Part shown: one piece after another, positions 53,948 to 64,000 of the stretch
Layout: each line of letters starts with the position of its first letter
How positions within the stretch are numbered: the first letter of the stretch is position 1
Origin: Hydrolagus affinis
Taxonomy: Eukaryota
DNA: 64,000 nucleotides
NCBI GenBank assembly: GCA_012026655.1
Contig: JAAILG010001117.1
Location: 1 to 64,000 of the forward strand
Reading direction: 5' to 3'
Program-made: the position numbers and the translations under genes
Notes under the pieces: model-generated
Database searches by the model: none
The model's input: the letters and a program-made list of their open reading frames with translations, nothing else
What the model was told of the DNA's origin: nothing

Positions 53948-54710
53948 TTTCATGTCGGAAGGTTGTCCCAAGGCAATAGAATCATCTCAAAATCTTGAAA
54001 GTGGAAGGTAAGAGTTCTTTATCAACCTTCCCCAACAAAACAGCGCATTGATTGGCAATATTGCTGCCGATGGATTAGTGAAGGAACTAAGGATAAAAAA
54101 AAAATTATTTCTTACTCGCTCCCCTCCACCCTCCCAGGAGGAAAGTTGCTCATACATTTTCCAGGTGCTTGCTTACTGCTGTGTCCTGGGAATGAAGGCA
54201 GGAATTCTCTTTAACTACATAATTGAAAGAGCAGCCAAATTGATCAATGTAGCATCCATTGTCCTCCCAACCCTTTGCAACTGAGTGGAGGAATCCATCA
54301 CGGTTTTAATCTGGGGAACCCCTGGTAGTCATAGAATTTTACGGCAGAAAAGGAGGCCATTCGGCCCATCTAGTCTGTGCCGGCTCTTTGGAAAGAGCAA
54401 CTCAAACCCACTGTCCCGCGCTCTCCCCATAACCTAACAAACCTGTTCTCCCTAAAGATCTAATTCTCTTTTAAAAGCTGTTATATGAATCAGCCTCCAC
54501 CGATTCGACCGGGAGTCACTTACTCACTCCTGGCCTCCATCGGGAGTAAGAAAAAAAAACTTTTATCCTTAGCTCATTCACTAATCCACCTGCAACAATA
54601 TTGCCAATCAATGCCCTGTTTTGTTGGGGAATATTGGTAAAGAACTCTTGCCTTCCACTTTCAAGATTTTGAGATGAATCTAGTGCCTTGGGACGTCCTT
54701 CCAACATGAA
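53948..54710. repeat. Inverted repeat with ~170 bp arms (53948-54119 / 54541-54710)
   Basis: TCATCTCAAAATCTTGAAAGTGGAAGGTAAGAGTTCTTTA..ATTGATTGGCAATATTG..GGATTAGTGAA is mirrored by TTCACTAATCC..CAATATTGCCAATCAAT..TAAAGAACTCTTGCCTTCCACTTTCAAGATTTTGAGATGA. The ORF track shows the same IGNI.A.GLV.ELRIK peptide on opposite strands. Confidence 0.92.
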
Positions 54711-54812
54711 ACTAATGTGTTCATTTGAATTGCAATCAATATAAGGTGCAATTAGTGGGGAAAGGGTGTTCTTATCTCACATGCAATGTGTTTTATCGAC
54801 TAGAAAGGGGGG

Positions 54813-54912
54813 NNNNNNNNNNNNNNNNNNNNNNNNNNNNNNNNNNNNNNNNNNNNNNNNNNNNNNNNNNNNNNNNNNNNNNNNNNNNNNNNNNNNNNNN
54901 NNNNNNNNNNNN
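54813..54912. other. Assembly gap (100 N, probably unknown size)
   Basis: Run of exactly 100 N. Confidence 1.
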
Positions 54913-54954
54913 TTGGGAGGGAACAACACTTTGGGGACAGCCATTAGGACTCAG

Positions 54955-55020
54955 TCAGCCAATGATCGGTTGCAGTCTGGAGGGGGTATAAAAGGATGGG
55001 TGAGAGGGGCGAGTTCTGTC
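54955..55020 (+). promoter_or_regulatory. CCAAT + TATA promoter of dnd1
   Basis: AGCCAATGA at ~54957 and TATAAAA at 54987-54993, about 70 bp upstream of the ATG at 55060. Confidence 0.75.
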
Positions 55021-55059
55021 AGTGGAGAGAGAGAGACCAAATTGAACTGGAATCTGACG

Positions 55060-58000
55060 ATGAACTCAACCCCAATCCAGCAGGTATCTGGGTGGGTGGG
55101 TGTTAGTTGCTCTTTGCAAGAAGTTGAGATTCTAAATTCTTCCCCCAAACTAGTGAGTTTCTTTAATTAATAATCACTAGATATTTAACATCTGACTTAT
55201 TTTCTGTTGTTTCTAGTCTCACCCCACCCCCACCCCCACCACACCCTAAATCATTGAAACCTGTTGAAACCTTTTCATCTTAATGGGTGAGCAATCTTTT
55301 AAACCAGACACCATGCTAAACTCGGAAGGTTTGTTTGTGTGTGTATTTAATTTTTAGGCAGTTTTGAGCATTTGTTTAACGCAGGTTTGTACATTCTAAC
55401 ACAACTTTTTCTCTGGGAGCATCAAATAGTTGTCAGTGGCTTTTGTTTTCAGTGGTGTTCTACTTGGCGTTGTCGTGAGGCGAGTTTAAGGGACTTATTC
55501 GGTTGATACCATTATGGTGGCAGAAAGTAACTTTGTTCCTTTAATAGCTGGAATGTTGCTTTCTCCACGAATCTAGATAGCCACACATTCCTCTTGTGCA
55601 ATTGTTTGTAACTTTGAATCCATCATTTTAGTTTTAAAATTAAGTTAAAGAGATTCTTCCCCACCGTCATAACTATATTCAATCTTCTGGATAAGAGCAG
55701 GAATATTTCCCCCCCCCCCCAAAAAAAAAGTATTACATTAACTCAGGTTTCTGGTTTGAGTTCTGATGTAGAACAACATTTAACTTGCCATGGCTCCTGA
55801 AATCTCTACAGTAATAGTAGTCCTTGAGTAATACATATTGGAATGTGCTTCTGGATTGAAGATTGGGTTCACTGACTTGTTTTGCTCACATGCACAGATT
55901 ATGGAGGGTTCTTTACTCAACACTAAGAATAAAGTAGCTTTCAGAGCGTGGGTGATGGCGACTGGCATTAGCCTTGTGCAAGTGAACGGCCAAAGAAAGT
56001 ACGGTGGACCTCCTCCAGGTGAGTGGTGTCTGTAACCACCTCATATGGGAGAGGACCTGGGTTGGATTCCTGGGCGGGGCAAAACTTTAGGCAAGTTTCT
56101 TTACTCCACATGCCTCTGTTTGCCTAGCAGTAAGTAGGAACTCGGTTTTAGTCGATTGCCGGATTGCTTTTCGGGTGTTAATAATCCCTAAAAAAAAATT
56201 AGTCACTCAATCCACGATTATTTGCAGCAAAGTGCTGCGCATAATTGGCTGCTGTGGTTCGCCCACAAAGTACACAGTCACTCCACTTTACAGTATGTTC
56301 TGTGTAGAGCCTTGAGACGTCTCAATGATGTAGTAAGGCCGCTGTATCAAATGCAATGATTATTATTGATAATATCATTACTTGTTGCCCAGGTTGGACT
56401 GGCCCACCCCCTCCATCTGGCTCTGAGGTCTTCATCGGTAGATTGCCGCAAGATCTCTATGAGGATAAACTAATTCCGCTGTTTCAGTCGGTCGGGCAGC
56501 TGTACGAGTTCCGGCTGATGATGACGTTCAGCGGTGAGAATCGTAGCTTTGCGTACGCCAGGTACGCCAGTCGCTGGCACGCCCAATGTGCCATCAACAT
56601 GTTCAACAGCTACCAAATTCAGGATGGCTGCTCCATCAGGGTATGCAGGAGCACGGAGAAAAACAAGCTGTACGTGGGGGGAATCCCGAAAGGAAAGCAG
56701 AGGGGAGAGGTGGTATCAGTGCTGAGGGAGTTGACCAGTGGAGTGGCCGATGTCACCCTCTACCCCAGCCCTGGAACTAGCAGGACCATATTTGCTGTGG
56801 TCAAATATGAAGATCACTGGTCAGCGGCCATGGCCAAGAAAAGCCTGGTACAAAGTAAGTGTTGGGTTTGGACTTCTGTATCTGTTGTTTAATGAAAAGG
56901 GGAAACCTCGCTTGGCTAGGAACGTAGAAATGGGAGTAGAATATTCAGCCCCTCAAGTCTGTTCTGCTATTCTATTCAATCATAACTGCCCTGTACCTTA
57001 ACTCCCATTTACCCGCCTTTGCTCCATATCCCTTGATACCCGTATCTTAACAAAATCGATCCACCTCAATATTGAAAATTTGAATTGATCCAGCTTCCAG
57101 AGCCTTTTGGGGGCGGGGCAGGTTTTCTGATTCCCACTATCTCGTATTTCAGATGTAGTTTGTAATGGCACTGAGTGATGTGGATCCATTGCAAGTTATC
57201 AGTATATTTTGATGATGGGAGTGGGCTGCACTGTTTAGGGGAGGAGAGCAGAGCAATACTGTCTCCTATATCCCAGATATGATATTGTTGCCACCTTTAC
57301 CGAGGCTTTTCAATTGTGTGCACTACATCACAGTTAGGAAAGTGGGTGGTTTGTAGCTGTGAATTCCTTTACCTTCAGTTCATGCCAGTTGTTGACTCCC
57401 ATTTTGGTTTCTTTCCAGGTTGCATTGAGCTGTGGGGTCATGCAATTGAAGTCGACTGGATGAAACCAGACAGTAAACACAGAGACAGCAAGATGACTGA
57501 AACCCAGCTGCCACCTCCATCGTTGCCACAGCCAGCATCGAGCCTGGCGGTCTCGGCACTAGCGCTGGACTCGAAGTTTCCTTTGCCCGATATTGACCTG
57601 GTGTCTTCCGATTACGGTCCTGTAAATCCAAAAGACAACGTGATGGGGGGCGGATCTTGCCTCTGGGATGGCATGAGCTCACCAGGCTTGAGGGAAGGTG
57701 ACACTGTTCAATTCTTGAACGAATATTGTTTAAAAAAACGTTTGGGGTCTCCTATTTACAGCATCAATCTCCTGAGGTCCAGCTATTATGGTCACTGCTA
57801 CCTGTTTAAAGTTCTTATTCCAGGACTTCCAGCTTATTTCAATGGGACAGTGAATGTAATGCCCTATGATCTGGCTGTCAATGGAGACTTGCCCAAGCAA
57901 AAGGCTGCACAAGAGGTGCTGCAGCATTTAGGTGAGTTGTAATAATAATAATCCTTGCATTTGGTACAGCTCCTTATCCCACCTCATCTTTGAGACTTCT

Positions 58001-58256
58001 CAAAGTGCCTCATAGAATATACTGTAAAGTGAATCGACTGTGTTTTGTGGGGCAGAAAGTGGCAGCCAATTCTGCACAGCAATTTCCAGCAAACAATTGT
58101 GGATTGAGTGACCAACTTATTCTTATTTTTAATTGAGTTGATTTAATTGTGCCACATTTTTTTCCTGCATTCATTCTGATTTACTATATACTGATGTGTT
58201 GGTTGCCTCTTGCTTTTGTTCGAAACCTTTCAGGTTTCAAGTCAAAATTCCTGTGA
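55060..58256 (+). CDS. DND1: Dead end protein homolog 1 (two RRMs + dsRBD-like C-terminus)
   Basis: Exons 55060-55083, 55898-56018, 56393-56854, 57419-57931 and probably 58234-58256; alternatively an unspliced stop at 57940-57942. [77 protein letters not shown]. Confidence 0.93.
56917..57115 (-). mobile_element. CR1-type LINE 3' tail fragment
   Basis: Reverse complement of the 61200-61300 tail (ATTCAGCCCCTCAAGTCTGTTCTGC..CCATATCCCTTGATACCC). Similar copy at 6610-6690. Confidence 0.7.
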
Positions 58257-60079
58257 ATAAAAGCTTAGCGTTTTGCATTGCCTTCCTGACTCTGGTAACT
58301 GGATGTTTCTTCCTCCCTCTTATCGTATCAATTAAGCAACTTTCTTTGAACCTCAAATCTCTCAAACTCAAGCTATGTATAGCAATTTAAAACTCACTCA
58401 AGTTTTATGACACTTAAATGACAACTTGATGCATCTTTCAGTCTCCTCCTCTTCAGCCTTGCTTATCTTGGGATATGGGCTTTGATATAGACGGAGCTTA
58501 ATCTTAACTTTGAAGATAGAATCCATATTTTCATTGTCTTGTGTTTCTCTCTGTCCATAGGTCGTTCTGTGAATATCGATGGCTTTCGCCTTTCAAGTAA
58601 TTTGATTAAAGAGAAGCTGTTCTGAAGACCGCGTGAATTTTGTGACCCACACTTGCCTCTTATTGTTTGCAACCATACCTTTAATTTTCCTCTCTATTGC
58701 AATGAGCCTATTTGACCAGCAAACCCCTTCGTTATTGGTGAAGTCTATTCATGGGGTGAAATGTTTTTCATAAACATCCATCTTGTGTTAATTGTAGAAG
58801 TTAAGGCATGTAGAGGAAGGAAACTTGCCCAAGACTTTGCACTGGTCGGGAATATAGAAATGACCCTAACTGGACTTGGTCCATTATTTTGCTCTGACTT
58901 GATCCGTGTTGATGAATAAACAGTATATGCTTTTTACAATATGCAATTGCAGATGCAGAGGGAAAGTTGAAGTGTGATATCATTGAAGGTTACTTTTTTT
59001 GTTACTCTCTACAAGCATGTTCCATATCTCTCTGTTGATTGCCCCAGTGACTACATTCATCCTAAAATTTGTTGTGTTGTGAGGGATTATGTTTGTAAAT
59101 TTATTCCAGCAATGTTTTAGTTTTTGTTTGCCAAAACACATGAATGACTACACCAGAAAGTATTAGGTGTATTTATACAAAAGTACAATATTACATTTGT
59201 ATAATGCATTTTATGTTGGGAGGACATCCCAGTAAATTGGTAATGGAAACATTTTGTACCTTATTTAATTTAAAAATATGATACTATTTGGTGGCCTGAT
59301 AGTTCCCTCAGTTTCAGAGTCTGGAATTCTACAAGGCTAAAGAATTTCCCTCATTTCATCCCATATTTTCCTGGAAATAAAGGTCTTTCACTCAACACTG
59401 TTACAGTGACAGACCATTAGCAATAAGACTAAGCATCTGTGTTTTAAGATATGCAGATGATTTGTCTCTACATCTCATATTCTACATTGGCGATTGCCCA
59501 AGTTGTCTGATTGGATAGAGGAGAGGTAGAACGGCAAGTAGCTTTCTGTTTATAATAAGTTAATTCATGGCAATTTTATTGATGAAACACCCAAGACTTT
59601 TTTTATTTAAAAAAAACTTAGTGTGTCACGCTGCATAATTCTATGTAACTTGGGTTTGAAAAATTGTGTTCACAGAATTTGGAAGAAAACAGTTGCTGTT
59701 TAGTGATGTTGAATTCTTTGTATTTAGATTTTTTTTGTGGGATTTGTATTGGAAGGTTAGTATTTCCAATATTATTGTTAGAGGAAAGAATGTTTGATTT
59801 AAAGAAAAATGTTTATTAAAATGAAGCACCAATTCATAGTTCTGGTCTCTTATTGTATCCACCTTTCAGCCCATTTTCTTGCTATTTAAATATGACAGGG
59901 CAATACCAATAGAGAACTGAACCACAAACACAGGAATATACAGCACCTGCAAAACTAAAATATGGTATGAAATCACATTCACATATTAACTTTTAGTGAT
60001 TAACTTAAGTAAATTTGCCCTTTGATTCTCTTACCTCCCCCCTCACACACCACACAGCTTTCACTGGGATCCTTGGGAA

Positions 60080-60725
60080 CAGGAGGAGGCCATTTAGCTC
60101 CTTGACCCTGTTCTGCGATTCTATGATTCATACCTCAACTCCAATTATCTGCCTTCACCTAATTATCCCTTGATTCACTGACCTAACGAGCATAAGAAGC
60201 AGGAGCATTCCATTTGGCCCCTCGAGTCTGTCCTGCCATTTAATAAGATCATGGCTGATCTTTTAATCTAATTCCTTTTACCCGCCCTATTCCCATATCC
60301 TTTAATCCCTCTATCCTTTAGAAATCTTATCAATCTTGAATTTGTAGAGCTCCTGTGGCTCAGTGGTTAGAGCACTTGTCTTGCAAGCTGGGGAGACCTG
60401 TGTTTGAATCCAGGCAGGTCAGGGTGAAATCTTGGGCAAGTTTCCTTACTCCACATGCCTAATAATCCTCCAAAACAAAAACACAAAAATAAAATTGGTC
60501 ATTTCAATCCACAACTGCTTGTGGGACACTGCTGTGCGCAATTGGCTGCTGTGATTTGCCCACAAATATACAGTCAATTCCCTTTACAGTATATTCTGTG
60601 AAGCGCTTTGGGACATCGATGAGATGTGAAAAGCACTATATCAAATGCAAGGATTATATGTTCAAACACTGAGCATCCACAGCCTTCTGGGGGTAGTGAA
60701 TTTCATGAATTGTATTCACCCCGGT
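60080..60725 (-). mobile_element. CR1 tail fragments (minus) interrupted by a plus-strand SINE at 60346-60660
   Basis: CR1 tail sequence up to AATCTTGAAT at ~60340 resumes as TTCAAACACTGAGCATCCACAGCCTTCTGGGG at 60661, with a complete SINE in between. Confidence 0.75.
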
Positions 60726-60892
60726 CTTAACATCTAACTGACCAGACAGCCAGGACCTCAGGCTTTACCTCACTCACAGGTGAAACACACTGGTCACTCC
60801 GCTTTAGGGTATGCTGCAAAGCGCTTTGAGACATCTCGAAGTGATCAGATGCAATATTCAAGTGTGAGGATTATTAATCATGTAACATAATA

Positions 60893-61305
60893 GCCTCTCC
60901 ACAAATTAGAGGTGATTTTATAGAAACTTATGAGAATGTTAAGGGGAATGACGAAGTAGAGTGAGAAGTAGAGCTTTCGAGTGTGTAGTTTCTTTGGTTG
61001 GAGAAATTACAACTAAGGGATCATAGTCTTAAAATTAAGGATCAGTCTTTTCGCACAGAGTTGAGGAAAAACTTCTTCACTCAGAAAGTAGCAAATTGAT
61101 GGAATTCTCTAGAACCAAAAGTCTGTAGATGCTCAGCCCTTGAACATATTCAAGACTGAAATTGGTAGATTTTTTATGGACAAAGGGATTAAGGGATATG
61201 GGGATAAGGCGGGCAGGTGGAGTTAGATTAGAAGATCAGCCATGATCTTATTGAATGGCGGGGCAGGCTCAAGGGGAAGAATGCCCTACTCCTGCTGCTT
61301 ATATT
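60893..61305 (+). mobile_element. CR1/L3 LINE 3' end
   Basis: Degenerate ORF2 C-terminus (LRGDFIETY.., TKGxHSLKI, LRKNFFTQKV..WNSL) plus 3' UTR GATCAGCCATGATCTTATTGAATGGCGGGGCAGGCTC. Confidence 0.85.
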
Positions 61306-61384
61306 CTTCCCCCAGTTCCTCTTGCACCAGCAACCCACTCAAGATAGACTTGAGTCCTCCATCAACAGGAGGAGTTGGGCATGT

Positions 61385-61420
61385 GCAATGCCTGCCTCCC
61401 GCCACCAGGGGGCGGCAGCA
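61385..61420 (+). promoter_or_regulatory. CTCF site with upstream (zinc fingers 9-11) module at the ZMAT2 promoter
   Basis: TGCAATGCC-N5-CCCGCCACCAGGGGGCGGC. Confidence 0.75.
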
Positions 61421-61546
61421 GCGGCGGTGGTGTGTTGCTGAGATAAGAGAGAGACAGCAGCCGCTGGTGGGAAGGAGCCTCTTGTGCCGGGGCAGAGTGA
61501 ACGAGGCGGGAAAGAGAGAGAGAAGGAGAAAGAAAAGGAGAGAGAG

Positions 61547-63431
61547 ATGGCGTCTGGCAGCGGGGTGAGTGAGCCTGGGGTCACCAACAATGTGCGGGGA
61601 CCTGAGGGCTGAAACCTGGGTTGGTTCAGGGCCTAAGACCGAGGTCTGGGCCTATCCTCCCATCACCATCCGGGGGCAGGGGGGGTGGACTCTCTGTCTC
61701 TGTCTGTGGCTGATGTGGACAGAGCAGGCCCCAGGCCTCGGGCTCCCACTGAGCAATAAATAATAGTAATTAATAATAGTAATTAATTACCAATATTAAT
61801 TAATCAATTAATCACCCATCGCATTTGATAATAGCGCCTCATCACGTCTCCCGAGACTCCCCCTCACAGCGCTTCCCAGGGATACACTTGTCAATTGTAG
61901 TGACTGTGTGTTTGTTACCCACTGTTGACCCAACAGTGAGTGAGTAGCTGGGAACCGCGGTTCGTCAATTCACTTCACAGTGTACAACAATAATAAGAAT
62001 AATACCAACAATAATCTTTGGGTTTGATCTAGCGTCTTATCATGTCTTCTAGACGTCTCAAAGCACCTCACAGAATATACCTTAAAGTGAATTGACTGTA
62101 TATTTGTGAGCGAAATGCGACAGACAATTGTGCACGGCAGCGTCCTCACAAATAGTCCTTGGATTGAAATGACCCATTTATTTTTTTGTGTGTGTGGGAT
62201 TATTATTAGTCGGAGTGTGGAGTAAGGAAACTTGCCCAAGGTTTCGACCTGACCTGCCTGGAATTGAACGCAGTTCTCTCGCTTTTAAGGCGAACGCGTT
62301 AACCACTGAGCTACAGGTATCCTGTGAAGCACTTTGGGACATCTAGAAGACGTGATAAGGCGCTGTATCAAATGCAAGGATTGAGTGACTCTTTTTTTAA
62401 TGTCTGCTGGTAGGAAAATAACAGCAGCAGCTTGCATTTGTATAGCGCTCTTGGTATGGAAGCTCTTTATATATTCGTGTTTGTGGTCCGGTGAAATAAT
62501 GTTTCACGCTAAATTTGTTCTGCACAATATAATTCAATTGAAAAGTCTGAGCTGGGAAGCACTGCCTGGCCTTGAGCAAGTTGTCTTTGTCATAAGGATA
62601 CAAGAAATGATAGACAAAAAACAACAACAAAATTATCTTTGTAGAGTGCCTTTCACGTCGGGAGGACATGCTAAGGCACTGAACAGTCAGGGGTCAGGAC
62701 CCAAGCATGGGCAGTGGGGGAAGACCAAGGTTTATCAAGTTCTCCTTCCACCTACCTGGCAGTCACATGCACATATGTCCCAAACTTACCTATGTACTGT
62801 TTCCCATAGAATCATAGAATCTTTCAGCACCAGAAGGATGCCATTTGGCCCATCATGCTGTGCTAGCTCTTTGTAAGAGCTACCAACTTGTCCCACTCCC
62901 CTGCTCTTACCCCTGCACAAAGTTCATGCACATTTTTTTTATCTGTAAACAGTAGCCAGACTGAAAAAAAGGGAAAATTAAGTTGTTAACATTCTTGTGA
63001 GGTTGCTACCAAGTCTGAACGTTTTGCGGACTCCATATGTTTGAACAATATGATTTTCTTTGTGGTGATGTAAAGGTAAGTGTGTTTCGGTGCTTTAATC
63101 CAACCACTTATTGTTTGTAAAAACTTCTCTGTTAATGAGGTGGTGGGAATACTTTTATTTGCACATATAGTTTGATGCAATTCTTACAGAGGGTGTTGTT
63201 AACTGCCTTTCCTCTATTAGTCCTTTCATTCCATTCCACCCATTATTTGTGGAGGAACAAGGATTACTTGAGGTCACGAACTCTGGGGTGCATTCCTTCC
63301 AAGTTTTGTTCTTAACAAAGTCGTCTCGTTCCTGTAGTCAAAAAATATGGACTTCCGCAAGAAGTGGGACAAGGATGAATACGAGAAACTGGCACAGAAA
63401 CGGTTGTTGGAAGAGAGAGAGAAGCGAGATG
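61547..63431 (+). CDS. ZMAT2: Zinc finger matrin-type 2 (Snu23), exons 1-2; continues beyond the window
   Basis: 61547-61564 MASGSG and 63338-63431 SKNMDFRKKWDKDEYEKLAQKRLLEEREKRD; canonical splice sites. Confidence 0.95.
62000..62317 (-). mobile_element. Full-length tRNA-derived SINE, minus strand
   Basis: Reverse-complement head (AACCACTGAGCTACAGG), core and tail in ZMAT2 intron 1. Confidence 0.88.
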
Positions 63432-64000
63432 GTAAGTGGAAATGCAGAACAGTCAGTGCTTCAGAGGAACTTGTAAAAACCACTGTAAAAACATGTAGCC
63501 AATGGGTATGTTTACATCACTGCGTCAGTGCTGTGCTGGAATCTTTGCTTACGATTTATTTCAATATTGAATATATTTCATATATATTGATATATTTCAG
63601 TTTGTTCACTTTTTCTTCTTCCTTCTATGTTTTCAAAACTCTTAAAAACCTAGAAAGTAACTGGCAAGAATGGGGGAGTTAGTTTAGAGGGGTGAGTTCC
63701 ACTCACTGGATGAGGCTCGATGGGCTGAATGAATAGCCGTTGTGTTGACATTTCTGTGACTCTTATGAGTTTTCTATTCATTTTAAACACGCAACTTTTT
63801 ATCCAGCCAGAATCCAATGTATGTGGTTTATTCCCTAGTTTCTTCATTACGGTTGTGGGATTGTTTAGCCTTGGAGGCAGTGAAACCTTTAACGCTCTCT
63901 GCTTGTTAGCTGGTGATGGGCTGCTGTAGGGAGCCATGCACTATCATGTGGTGGCTGAATGTTCAGTGAGCTGGCTTGGCTCCATCCCCACAAGCAGACA

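Noticed and set aside
56812-56840. DND1 HWSAAMA in place of mammalian HRAAAMA, and RNP1 NRSFAY
   Set aside because: These positions appear variable among non-mammalian Dnd1 proteins as I recall; not enough to claim altered function.
61547-64000. Vault RNA genes expected near ZMAT2
   Set aside because: They normally lie downstream of ZMAT2, outside this window; no such Pol III unit was seen here.

Overview
Vertebrate (not prokaryotic) genomic DNA. The repeat content (tRNA-head Deu-type SINEs with L2-like tails, shark-type CR1 and Penelope fragments) suggests a cartilaginous fish, possibly a chimaera. The window is the conserved TMCO6-NDUFA2-IK...HARS-DND1-ZMAT2 block (human 5q31 equivalent). 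Gene order: degenerate kinesin-like gene (-, runs off the left edge), TMCO6 (+), NDUFA2 (-), IK/RED (+), an intact UGDH-type gene (+), a small Sec14/CRAL-TRIO gene (-), a single HARS (+), DND1 (+) and the first two exons of ZMAT2 (+). Exon structures were reconstructed by eye from splice signals and recalled protein similarity. Most notable observations: (1) a hidden in-frame mitochondrial-presequence-like exon in HARS intron 1; (2) a kinesin motor with broken RxRP and P-loop motifs but clean exons; (3) UGDH and a CRAL-TRIO gene where WDR55 is expected, possibly a retained 2R UGDH ohnolog; (4) a U12 intron in IK with AT-AA termini; (5) a ~170 bp inverted repeat upstream of dnd1.
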